Shown here: one piece after another, positions 38,412-56,008 of the stretch
Layout of the letters: the number at the start of each line of letters is the position of its first letter
How positions within the stretch are numbered: the first letter of the stretch is position 1
NCBI GenBank assembly: GCA_904063045.1
Contig: CAJFCJ010000019.1
Location: forward strand, 1,379,700-1,443,699
Source of the DNA: Dimorphilus gyrociliatus
Taxonomy: Eukaryota; Animalia; Annelida
Direction: 5' to 3'
Length of the DNA: 64,000 nt
The notes under the pieces: model-generated
The model's input: the letters and a program-made list of their open reading frames with translations, nothing else
The model's database searches: none
What the model was told of the DNA's origin: nothing
Made by a program: the position numbers and the translations under genes

Positions 38412-39212
38412 CTTGACTTCTTCGTTTCTCTGACTGCTATATGCGTGTGTATAAATGTGTTAGCCCGTTCGTCGCGCCCCACAAATCATTTATTATGCAT
38501 GGCAAACTACGTCATTGATTCGACGAAATATCGCGCTTTTTCCCTTCCGAGCTAATTATGGGTTTTTTAATACGTTTTTTTTAAATTCTCGCTGACTTTT
38601 AAAACGTAACATTTAATGGTTTTGAATTAAGGAAAAATTTTTAATATTCAGCTTAAGAACAAAAGTTACTAACGACAATTTGTGTATAAGAGGAAATTCT
38701 ACTGAGATTCGTGCCAAATACCAAACGAGTTGGGATTAAACGGCATGCAAACTTCTCTCTCTTTTTGTTTATTCGACAGCAACTAAATCTCCGAAACTAA
38801 TTTTTTTTATTACTTTTTCCGCTTTTTCTCCCCTTTCTTTTCCCCTTTTCCCGACTTATCACCCTTCTTTTCTCTTCTCTGCCCGATCTATGTTTGCCTA
38901 GTAGCGACTTTATCTTTGTCTATCTGGCTTTTTGTCTCTTTTACGTCCTCTTTCTCGTAGAATATGAGTTTTACGGATTCTTCATAGCCGTACAGCTGCC
39001 CCTTCGAGTTGAAAGATTAAAAGAGGATGGAGCCACCGTTCAGTCTTTAAAGAATATTAACACAATATTATAAAAAATATACAAGTGAGCAGGCTTCCTA
39101 CAATCGATTTATTCTTTTCCAAGTTTTTACTTGCCTATTTAGCTTACTTTTTCAATTACAGATGGCTCCACCGAGTAGAAGTGAAAGACTAACTTAATAG
39201 TTTTAGTTTTAA

Positions 39213-39317
39213 AAAATGGCGCGTCTTAATGTTTATTATCCGCCATTTTCATTTATCAATATAGAAATATTCAACGGCAGTTGTTTTGTTGTCTAAAATG
39301 GCGCGCTCCATGGAAAC
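39213..39317. promoter_or_regulatory. Cluster of three YY1-type motifs plus a partial RFX X-box upstream of the orphan at 39336
   Basis: AAAATGGCG at 39213-39221 and 39295-39303, CCGCCATTTT at 39240-39249, and CCATGGAAAC (right half of an X-box only) at 39308-39317. Confidence 0.4.
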
Positions 39318-39335
39318 TTAATTGACACTTTTAAA

Positions 39336-41459
39336 ATGGAACGACGGCAAAGTAAATCAGATTCTTCAATAACGGGAAAGGAGGTTACAAACAGAAAAGT
39401 TAAAAAGGAGACAATAATGACATCCTCTGACGTGAGTATTAATGTGTTTTATTTTCTAATGTACTCTTAATACTATTACTGACTTGTTACTATCCAATTG
39501 TCACAGTCAAGAACATTCTTGGCAATTACTACAGACTGTAGAACAAATTTAAAGCAGTCTAGCTACGGAACATGTCGAGTTCCGGTTAATACGCCACAAC
39601 AGCGTTTGTTCTCGCCGTCAATATCGACTACGGATTGGAATTCTTTAATTCCTCATCATCATGCTAAACAAATGGAATCAATAACAGAAAAATTTGACAA
39701 TGTCTACGTTAGATTTCCTTTTAAACATGCTGCTTCAGCATCAGCTACAGCGCGCAACGCCCGACCACTTTCGCCAGGTACATCGTTGAAACAGAAAACA
39801 AGTCAGGCAACGAGACGCGTTGCTAAAGTCATGGCAAAAGAGAAAAAAGAGGAGAAAGCGAAGAAAAGTGGACGATTGAGAAGAGGGAGACTAGAAGAAA
39901 TGAATCCGGTTTTTGTAGCCGGTCCAACAATGAACAATTGTCGGGGAATTGTGGCGGAAACTAGGTCTTACTCAGCAAGCCCTAGTCGAAGTTTACAGAG
40001 ACGCAGACAAATCTTAAGTACATTAAACAGAAATTATTTACCTGATAGGCCTCAAACTGGTGAATCAGTTCATCAAACCTCCGTAGCTTCTGATGACGAG
40101 AGAGGAGTTACTTTCCATCAGGATGGCTCGGATGTGTACGTCAAGCCTAAATCTAAAAGCACTTGTAAGGAAGAGTCGAGTGATAAAGAACAAAGGGATA
40201 AGCCTAACGATGATGGCGATGACAGCGAGGGTAACAACGAGTGCAAAGGTGTTGGGAAAAACGGTAGATTTATTTCTAACAATAGTAGAAACCAAGCAAA
40301 AGAAAATGAAAAGTCCGATAAAAAGGTTGAAGAACCTAATTCGGGTAATCAAGTCAAGTGCTCTACTGCTAAGTTAAAGTACGATCGACCGCAGAGCGCC
40401 TCTTCCACAGAACACGGAAGGAAAAATATAAATTTATCGAGACCTCAAAGCGCAAAACCTTTCAGGAATTATGTTCTTCACGAAGAACCTCAATGCGATG
40501 GACTCTTGGATATTTCATCCAAATTTTTACACGCCAGATGTTCTGGCACTTGCGTTAAATGCTCAAGGGAATGCGGCGCCATCTTGTGTAGAAAATGCTC
40601 AAAATATTTTGGTTGGTGTGAGAATGATGAGAGATTAATTTATGCAACGGAGAAAAATAAAATTAGATCAACCTCAATTGACAATAAAGAAAACCATTTT
40701 AAAAATATAGAAAGACTTTCATACGCTAAGAATAACCTGAATACTGAATATAAAGAGGAAAAGCTAACTGTTGAGAATGATTCATCGCTTATAAATTTAA
40801 ATAAAATCAACCGAAATGCTTGGACGGAAGAGGCAGTTGATAAAATGAAAATTGAAATTGAAAGTAGTACATTAAACAATGCTAAAGAGATAAAAAAATT
40901 AAACACGATTGATAAAAAGAATGATTCAAATTTAGTAATGACAACTGTATACTACTCTACCAAGCCTGATGAAATAAGTTCGTATGAAGCGGAAGTTAGA
41001 TCGGAGGCAGTAAATTCAATAGGAAGTTTTCGAAAGTTCAATTGTGAAGAAGATTCAATTAAGTTTCGAGTGAACGTTTATCCACCAAAAGGTTATGTCT
41101 ATTATTTCTCTTATACGTCAGAAGTGATGCTACAATCTGAAAAGTGCTGGTCAATTCTATTTGGTTTTCGACTAACAAATAGGCCTAAAAAGAGATACAT
41201 GGACATTGAAATTGATGAGAAAAGCTCAGTAGAGGGACAGCTCTTCTTAATTTCAGAACAACAATTTGCGGTAATTGATCGCCAATTTGCTCATTTAGAG
41301 AGAATAGCTTTACCCGTTTGGATTTTAAATTGTGATAATGATGATGTTGGTTTGACCGAGTTATGCGTGCCTGCTGTTACTTATACAAGAAAATTAAATG
41401 ATAAAAGACTTAATATTGATATTGAACAGTGTAAAGTACAAATAGATTGCATAAATTAA
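39336..41459 (+). CDS. Uncharacterised protein: long low-complexity N-terminus, Cys-rich motif, C-terminal GGCT/AIG2-like domain
   Basis: Exon 1 MERRQSK...MTSSD with GTGAGT donor splices in phase 0 (ttgtcacag) to the 653-codon ORF. C-terminus YYFSYTSEV...LFGFRL...MDIEIDEKSSVEGQLFLISEQQFAVIDRQF resembles GGCT YFAYGSNL...LxGYRL...ATIVPDPGSEVWGVLYxI...LDxQEG. Confidence 0.75.
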
Positions 41460-41765
41460 CATTATAAAACATTAATAAATGTATGTATTTTAAACCTAAA
41501 CGTTTGGAATATAAAAACCTTAAAAACTAGATTAATTATCTTACAGTTTTCTTTTTATATATTTATTGCATATACAGCTTGAAAGATATACAATATATAG
41601 CTAGGTGTATTTATTGCAGTTTTTACATTTAAAGGCAGCAAATTTAGAGTGCTACACAGAGTATTTATTGGATACACAGTATATATGCTGTATATATATA
41701 TGTGCTTTCCTTTGTGCGGATGAATTAAGAAACATTCGTCTTCTAACCTTTAACCCTTTCTTCTT

Positions 41766-43739
41766 TTACTCATTTGTATTTTCTATGCCACTAGTTTCAC
41801 TTTCCGGAAGAGAAAGCTTTTGGTTTCGCAGACGACCTATCAGCCAGAAAGTTTTCATTTGACCTTTACCTTTTATTTCTATTGTCCCTCTCTCTTCTGT
41901 AATCCATTCGTCATTTTGTAGGTCTAATTTCTCTTTTGTTGTTTTACTCATGTGTATTTTTCTAGCTGGAAAGTAGCAGTATTCTTTTTGCTTTACTGTA
42001 GTATGCAAGAAAACAGAAATTTTTACTTACGTAGTCCATTGGTTTGCATTCTTGATGCAGTATTGATTGTATCACCAAAAAGACAGTAACGAGGCATCTT
42101 ATTACCAACAATACCAGCAACGCAGGAACCGGTGTGAATGCCAATTCGTAACAAAAGTTTTTTATCATTAATCACTTCCATATCCATATCGCCCGTCTTT
42201 CTTAACATGGCTAACGCCAATTTAGATATTTCTACAGCGTGTTTGTTGCCGTTTGCCATAGGTAGACCGGAGACGACCATGTAAACAGCTCCAATAGTCT
42301 CAACTTTATAGACATCGAATTTACTGACGCAATCATCTATAAGATTATATATGACATTCAAAAATTCAACTATTTGCAGAGGAGCACTTCGACTGGTAAT
42401 TTGATTAAAATCAGCAATGTCGGAGAATAAAACGGTGACACAGTCGAAAAATTGTGGTTCTACTTCTTCTCCTTTCAAGAATTTGTAAGCAACACTTCGT
42501 GGAAGCATCTCCCTCAAGAGAACTTCCGTCTTCCTTTTCTGAGATTTTAATTCGCGCTGATTCTTTGATATAGATACCGTTAAACTGTGCATTGAAATAA
42601 CTGTCCGTTTTGATGATATGTTAAGAAGAGGACCTATACAAATAACTATTATGGCGAGAAGAATCAAATGAATGCTACTTTCGATTGCTGCTGTTTTATA
42701 TATTTCATTTAAGTTTGTTTTCTTTCTACGAAGAGCTTCCAATCTAATATCAGTAATGATTTGTTTATAATAGCCAAACCATTTTGCCCAGTACAGAGAC
42801 AAATCGTCTGTGCTGTTATCATCAATCGTCTTAACTTGATTGAGGAGATCTTCCACTTTAAGTTTGAGCAGTGAATTTTTAAGATATAAATTTTCATACA
42901 TCTCTCTTGATTTACCATCGTAATTGAAAGCCATGTCCAAGTCTTCCTTAGCCAAAAGATCGTTTTCAATAAACGTATAAAATAACTGCCTGGTAAAGAG
43001 TTTATTCTTGAATTTTATGTAGGCAATTGAATCGCAGATATCCAAAGACTCTTCTGTTCTAAATAGCCATATCCATGATGTTATAGTATTCCACGATTTA
43101 GTCTTTCCATCATTTATCAACTTAGTAATAGAATAGGATAATAAATCTTTCGATATCTTAGTGTAAAATTCCAACTCTTCTGGAATGAATCTTCTTTCCA
43201 ATTTCGTGGATTCTCTATGATCTTTTAATTTCTTTTTTAATGTCTCTTGCCTCTCATAAAAGCTTATTTCATTTATGCTTTTATCTGTATCCGAATAAAC
43301 TTCACCCATAGTCCTGGTTAATCCAGTACCATCTGTTGTTATATATTCCAAGACCTTTTTAAAAAAGGAAAAACATTAAAATAATAAGAAACAAGCTTGA
43401 GGTGAGTCATGTTTAAGCTACCTGATGACGCTCCCTTCTCAGGAAAAAGACTACATTCACAAGCTTTTCTGTTCTATCTACCCTTCTGTTCATGAGATTT
43501 GAAGTAACTAGTGCCTTTACAGCCAAACTTAACATGACAAACGTAAATATTCCACAACATACTACGGGGACTTGAGGTAGTATTCGTATTTGTCTCTTCT
43601 GGGTATGCCGGCCTGTTCGCGTAGACGGATCACCTCCCAGAAATGCATGTTCATTCGAATCAAATTCAGAGCTTCCGGAGAAACATTCCCAACATTTATA
43701 ATTAACTTTTGGAATATTATCTAGTTCCAGCTTGTGCAT
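41766..43739 (-). CDS. NIT-domain transmembrane guanylyl cyclase (NIT-GC)-like, 3 exons
   Basis: Exon 1 (43739-43422): DPSTRTGR, TM1, LVNVVFFLRRERH (NIT LQxERG-like). Exon 2 (43354-about 42030): helical NIT-like region, TM2, coiled coil, EMLPRSVA, VTVLFSDI, KVETIG, LRIGIHTG...MPRYCLFGDTINTASRM. Exon 3: PRKIHMS...IEIKGKGQMKTFWL. GC-specifying Glu and Cys are present. Confidence 0.85.
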
Positions 43740-44529
43740 GGCGAGTTATTTATCAGGGCGTCGAATGGACTTCTACGCTAGCGACTCTCTCTACTTGTTA
43801 GATGGAGCTGTTACTCGCTTTAAATTACAATGGTTAAAATCCTATGATTCTTATCTAATTTAACAATCTCTTTTAAATCTAACAAATGAAAGTAAACTTT
43901 TTCCACAGATTTTTCATTCTTAGCTGTGAGAGATCTATAAAATATAATTCATAATAAATGAACTGTACAGATAAAAAGCGAGTACATTTTCCAGCATGAA
44001 AGCTTAAGCCTATCCGTTGGTGTCTCAGGTGCGTAATTTCGCTAAAACGATGCTCAGACATGAATGAAGATCGTTTGATGCATTTTTTTCGCTCCGGTTC
44101 CCAAATAAATAATAAAGAGTTAAGAAGTTTGCTTTAAAGGTAACAACAACAACTCAAATAAGAAGATTTCAGAATTAATAGAAAGAAAGCATCATACCTT
44201 TTCAAAGTCTTATCCTTTATTCATTGAAAAATTTTTTGCGGAATTCTGAAATTGTGATTACTGTAAATTAAGTGAATATTTTAAGGATAAATCAAACAGT
44301 GTCCTATATTTAGAGTAGTAAACTGCAAAAAGGGTGATTGTACTTTTCGCGATTCTCCTGTCTTGGAAAAAAAAGACCTTAAGCTCTTTCTATTTACTAT
44401 CCTTATCTAGTAAAAGAATAAAATAAGAGAAAACTTTTATTTCATTTTATTGCGTGCTCTTGTCGTTTTCTATTTCTCTAAAAATTTATCATATTATTAA
44501 ACGTGATAGATAGAAATTGAGTACTATTA

Positions 44530-46989
44530 TTAAAGATATTCGGATTTTCTCTTCTCTCTTTCCGACTTTATCATTATCTTTTTCACTCTCTTAAAATGAG
44601 GATGTCTTCTCACACTGTAACAATCTTTTAATCTTCTTCTTACTCTCTTAGGTCTTCTTTTGTAAGACAGTTTCCGGAATCTACAAGACAACTTTTCAAA
44701 TATTGGAAATTTCTGAAGCCATTTATAAATCAAGCTTAAGAATCTTCTCTTAATTCTACGCAGATGTTTAAATAATCGTTGAAAGTAGCATTGAAGTGGC
44801 TTTAAAACACTCCTAACTACCGTATGACGTAAGAATATATTGTAGCATACAAAGCATGGTAGACAACAACGAAGAATGCAGTTTTTACAATAATATCGTA
44901 GACGCCTCAATTGTCTCCTCAGAGGAGTTAATCTCTTTCTAAGAAGGAATTTATTCTTACGAAATGAATAACGAACAAGCTTGCCTAATTTTGACTTATA
45001 CAAAATTCTTAAAAGGCCCCATTTACAACATCTGAATAAGCAACATGGTTCATATTTCATGTTTAATCTCTTTTCATGTTTTCGTCGATGTTTTAGATAT
45101 CTATATCCTTTAAGATTACGTCTAATTTTAGCTTTAATTAATCTTTTTTTGTGCCTCATGCGAAAGTTCTTTGAGCTCCATAAGATATCTTTGTCAATTT
45201 CATAATCTTTGGGAAAAGATCTGCCAAGTATGTCTTTTCTCAATTGTCTAAACCGCGCTAATTTCTTCATTTTGTGTCTTTCTCTTCGTTGTAATGCAGT
45301 GAGTTGAAGTTTTCGTTTATCAATTTTCTTAGGACGTCTTCTTGTTTGGAGACGTTTTCTAACAGGAATTCGAATATAAATTTTCTTCAATCTTTTCCTA
45401 ATCATACTAGGATGCTTCCGCGTACGAAACCATTTACAAAAGCGTCTATACGATATTCTGCTGTGCCATCTATAAAAAGACTTGAAGATTCTATGATTCA
45501 AGTAGGTTCTGTATATATTTATAAAACATAATATCAATTCAAAGATAAGAGATAGAATTAAAGAAAATTCAATAGATAGTGCAATTTTCTTCAGTAATTT
45601 AAGTTGATTGAAAGTCTCTTGTTGTGTTAAAGATGGACATGATACTAATTCTGATGTAGATCTAAAAAACTCAAATCTAAATACCCAAAGGTAGCGCAAG
45701 ATTCCCTCGATAGCAAATAAAGAGCCGATAAGGCAACAAACAAATATAATTCGGTTATATTTGATTCTTTTTCGTGCTCTCCACTGAATTTTTTTTCTAC
45801 TTGATAGTAGGGTCAGAGAAATCGTAGTAATGAATAGAACAGCACGTACAACAGTCATTAGAAGATTCCTCGACTCTTTACATAGATTCAATAGTAGAAC
45901 CACTTCACTCAACAAACTTCGTACTTCCGTTCTACAATCTTCTGAAACGAATAATCTCAAAGCTTCCATAAACATAGGATAAAGTCTGTTTTCGCCAAAC
46001 CAAAGCTGCAAGGTCTTTAGAGAGACGTTGAAAATTATTGCGATAACAAAAAGGCCTACATCTAGCCTATCTATCCTATTTAATCTTCTATCGAAACATT
46101 CCTGTAATAGATTTGCATTCTCATCAGAGTTTTTAGGTTCCGGGCATCTTTTAATTGATTTTTTCCTCATCAATTCTCTCTTTTTAAAATAAAGATGCTG
46201 TAATTTATCTTTAACTTCCTTTTCAGACTTTCTTTGCATAGCCGTCTTGTCTATACAGTTGGTCTATAATTAAAGATCTTTTAATGTATAATTAAATTGA
46301 TTCTATGTTAAAAGTATATTTCTTTTAATTTAATTAACCTGTTCCTTAATGTCTTTGCTATCTTTTTCTAGTTGATAAGTGATTGGAATAAAATGAAGAT
46401 TCTCTTTCGCCCTGTCCATATTAACTGGATCGCGAAGAATCGTTACCGTTCTTTTGTCTGATTTAATTACAACAACTTTACGAAAATTTTCTATATCTTT
46501 TGGTTTTTGACTAATAAAATATCTTGTTTCATTATTATTCGTTAGAACACTAATTGGTTTTAAATCTTCTTTGTATATGTTGTTTACTTTGTTGATTTGT
46601 TTGTGTCTTTATTTAGGATATGCATAGATATTCTACCTTTTGCTATATGTATATTTAATTAAGTATAACAGATGAATATCTATTTTATCCTCATGTTTTT
46701 TATACTTTTCAATTATAGCTCTTTTGAACTGGCTATATTTTCTACCATATTTCCTTTTTGTATTTATCTCATTTCTCAAAGTACCAAGCTTAATTTGACG
46801 TCCAATTTTTCTACGCAAACGTCGCTTTATCCTCTTTTTTTGACGTTTTGACGATTTTAACAAATGAGGCCTCAGTCGATATCCTTTTCTCCGCTTGAAA
46901 AATAATCTTAAATTTGATATTCTATCATCCGATAAGTTCGATAAACTTGTCCTAGAGGCAGTTCTAGATGACGACACGAAAAAATCCAT
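44530..46989 (-). CDS. Orphan, extremely Arg/Lys-rich multi-pass membrane protein, 3 exons
   Basis: The 118-aa and 569-aa ORFs are bridged by an in-frame middle exon (...KPKDIENFRKVVVIK...DIKEQ|GTTAAT...TTATAG|TNCIDKTA). About four hydrophobic segments are flanked by long polybasic tails. No family recognised. Confidence 0.7.
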
Positions 46990-47421
46990 TCCATTAAAGG
47001 ATTTTTACAATTAATAGCGAAGTTATTCATATAATTGAAATAAGAGTATTTAAATAATTTGTCTAATGCATAATATATTTTAAAATTGACTCAAGAGAAA
47101 TAACAAATAACAAAGTCGTAGTAAAATATTACGAGGTAAGGTAAATATATCTAACGATATCTGGTAACAAAATGACGATGACCCAAAACGAGTACGAGAG
47201 CGTAGTGACGGCTGATTAAATTAAGGCTTGATAGAGATTGATTTTCCGTTACCTATTCTTAGGTCAGAAAAGTCTGATTTATTTAATAATAATGAAGAGA
47301 GAAATGGCTCAACCTATCGTAAAAAATAGAATGAGGTAATGGAGTGCTAAGGAATAGGGAGAGTAGAGGATAAAAATCTCTGTAAAAGGATAGATACAAT
47401 ATAAAATAAGTAATAGTTTAT

Positions 47422-48060
47422 TTAAACTGGTGTACACATAGGAGAGTCTAATTTTATATTCAATAATATTAACAACTGGAATATTATTGAGAAGTACTTC
47501 TTTTCCCTTGATAAATAATTTGCGTGATGTTTGTCAGCGATTTTGTTAGATTCTTGAATTGTTTCTAATAGTTTTTTCTTTAATTGATTCGTATTTTTCT
47601 CAACCTCAAGACCTTTTCTCATTAAATCTAATGCCTTTGTTGTTTCAATCCCCCATAACCTTTCTCCAGTTCGTTTTAGAAAATGCATGTATTCCTTTTC
47701 CTTCTCTTTTAAATGATTTATGGATAACAACAGTTTGTCATTTTCTTTTAGCAATCCTTTATTTTCGTACTTCAATCTTTCACTTTCGTTTGTAAGCTCA
47801 TTTATTTTGTTATTTAACGCGTCGAACTCAAGCCATCTTCTCTGTTCGCAAGATGGCGCCATAATATTTCTTGTAAAAAATTTGCAAGATGAGCCAGCTT
47901 GCGGTGGTAGAAGAGCAGACTTACTTGTACGATTCACTTTAAAAAATCCATTTTTTGGGGATTTATTACTATTCCGAAATTTTTCTTTTGCAGGGTGAAA
48001 TTCAACTGTAAAATTGGTCGAAGAAGTCTGTTCAACTTCTTCGACTTCATTGGGATTCAT
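47422..48060 (-). CDS. Orphan coiled-coil protein, possible hydrophobic C-terminal tail
   Basis: 212-codon ORF with heptad-like LNNKINELTNESERLKYENKGLLKENDKLL and terminal YFSIIFQLLILLNI. The 3' end could be spliced differently. Confidence 0.65.
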   Translation of the reverse strand: MNPNEVEEVEQTSSTNFTVEFHPAKEKFRNSNKSPKNGFFKVNRTSKSALLPPQAGSSCKFFTRNIMAPSCEQRRWLEFDALNNKINELTNESERLKYENKGLLKENDKLLLSINHLKEKEKEYMHFLKRTGERLWGIETTKALDLMRKGLEVEKNTNQLKKKLLETIQESNKIADKHHANYLSREKKYFSIIFQLLILLNIKLDSPMCTPV

Positions 48061-48695
48061 ATTGACCTTATGAAACTAAAAAAAGGTTTTTAAATCATTC
48101 AAACAAATTAAATGACGTTTCAAATTTTAATTTTGTAACTAATATAGCAAAGAAAGAATTGAAAGGAGAAAAACGAAGATCTACTTAATTTATATGCAGC
48201 ATTTATTAAAATATAAGTTAAACATACTGTATGTACAACTTAATTTAGTGTACATTTATAAAGTCCACACAATCTAGAACATATATTTGTATATCTGTAT
48301 ATGAATATGCATATATACGGTACATATATGTAAAATATAGAAACAGTTGACAGTAAAATATGGTTACAGAAAAAGGAAAGAATAATTTACTAAAACTGAA
48401 CGCTTCTCTTCTCTATTTATTTACACCAAGAATATATATTTGCAAAAGAGAGAGAAAGAGAGAGAGAAGAAGAAGAACTTTACCTTTTTTTGGTTTATTT
48501 TCAAACATTTCTCTCTTTTTTTTCATAATAATTGTTTATAAGTATACACAATATGTTAATTTATATCTATAAATAAATATAGATATACTGTATATATACT
48601 TCATTTACCTTAAAGGAGACAGCACCAATTTTACTTCGTACAAGAAATAGATATGAGCTCAATTACAACAAGAAAAGTTTAAATAAATGAAACAA

Positions 48696-54595
<5,900 letters not shown>

Positions 54596-54638
54596 CCGAA
54601 TAACTTGCCTTTCGACTTTTTGCTGGACAAGGATAGAC

Positions 54639-54661
54639 TGCGCATGCTCGTCGCTGATTGG
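54639..54661 (-). promoter_or_regulatory. Putative Tbx1 proximal promoter motifs (CCAAT box and NRF1-like GCATGCGCA)
   Basis: ATTGG at 54657-54661 and TGCGCATGC at 54639-54647 in a GC-richer island just upstream of the ATG at 54595. Confidence 0.4.
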
Positions 54662-56008
54662 TTGATAAAGCTCCAAGAGCGCGGGGCTTAAAACGTACGG
54701 GACGTTGCCCACGTCGAATGAAGAAAAGAAAAAGACGCCCTTAAAGACCTCACATGCTGCAACTCACCCCTATAATCAATCACGCCCAATAAACGTCCGA
54801 GTCGTTTTTTAATAGCTATAAATGCGCTAAAGAGAGCAACAGCGCCTATAATAGATCATAAGTGAAGCGACGAAACGGTGCTAGCAACGCTGAATTCTTT
54901 TTGATAAATCGGCTTATGATCGCCTAGACGAATGCCGCCTCGCGCTTTTGAAGCCTGTCTATTTGACTGTTTGACTATTCGACTTTTCCGCCTCTATTTT
55001 TCTCGCTTTTCGACCCGAGCTTCTGTAGGCCTGATTACTTCGTATCAAACGGTTAGCCGCCCAGTACCATCATTTTTTATCCGAGGTCATGTCTGCCACC
55101 TTAGTAGTAAAAGTAATAATATGAATATCTTATAAAAACGTGTCAACAGTATTTATGGTCCATGTAATCTTTGTATAATGCGGAAAGTAAGTGTTCCCTT
55201 ATGTTGCGCGTATAGACGCATACAAAAATAGGCGATGGGAGTGTGGATAAGGCTGAATTATATAAACATATTATATATATATATAACCGTTATAAAGCTA
55301 CGCCTAATGGTTCGATTCTTTTAAATATAGACTATGTACTGGTACAGAAGATTTTAAAAATATGCCAGATGGGGAATAAATAATTCATACTTATAATAGG
55401 GAATAAACCGATTTTTAATATCTATAATTTTTTCGTTAACATGTTCAATTGTTATTGAAAATAATAGGTTTTAAAATTCGATTCGACACTAATTGTTTTA
55501 AAGGGTTTGCTAGTTTCAGTAGCCATACAATACTTCTTTTATCAACTCGCTCGTAAATCACAAACAACAGTGTAAATATACAAAAAAAATCTATTTATTC
55601 GGTTTTCTATTTACAAGTGTTTACTAACTTTTGTTAAATTAATAACTATTTTATATCTACCAGTTTATAATTGCCTTTAGAAGTTTTATCGCTATATTTT
55701 TGGTTAAACTTTTTCTAACATTATAATAGGAGACTTTATTAATTAACGCTTGATGGCGCTATGTTAGAGTTACAGATGGCGCTAATAGAGAGGGAAATAT
55801 TTTGTGAGAGATAGATAACTCTAATAGTAAACAAATTTGGAACAGGTAGACTTTAATCGTGTATTAAATTCCCTTAGTATAAACGAAAAGTATAATCATT
55901 TCAATAACGGTCGACACAATTACATTCAAATTGTTAGCAGGCGGTTTTTAACACATCAGAGAAAGGAAATGCACGAAACAACGATTGAGCAATTTTTATA
56001 TATCATGT

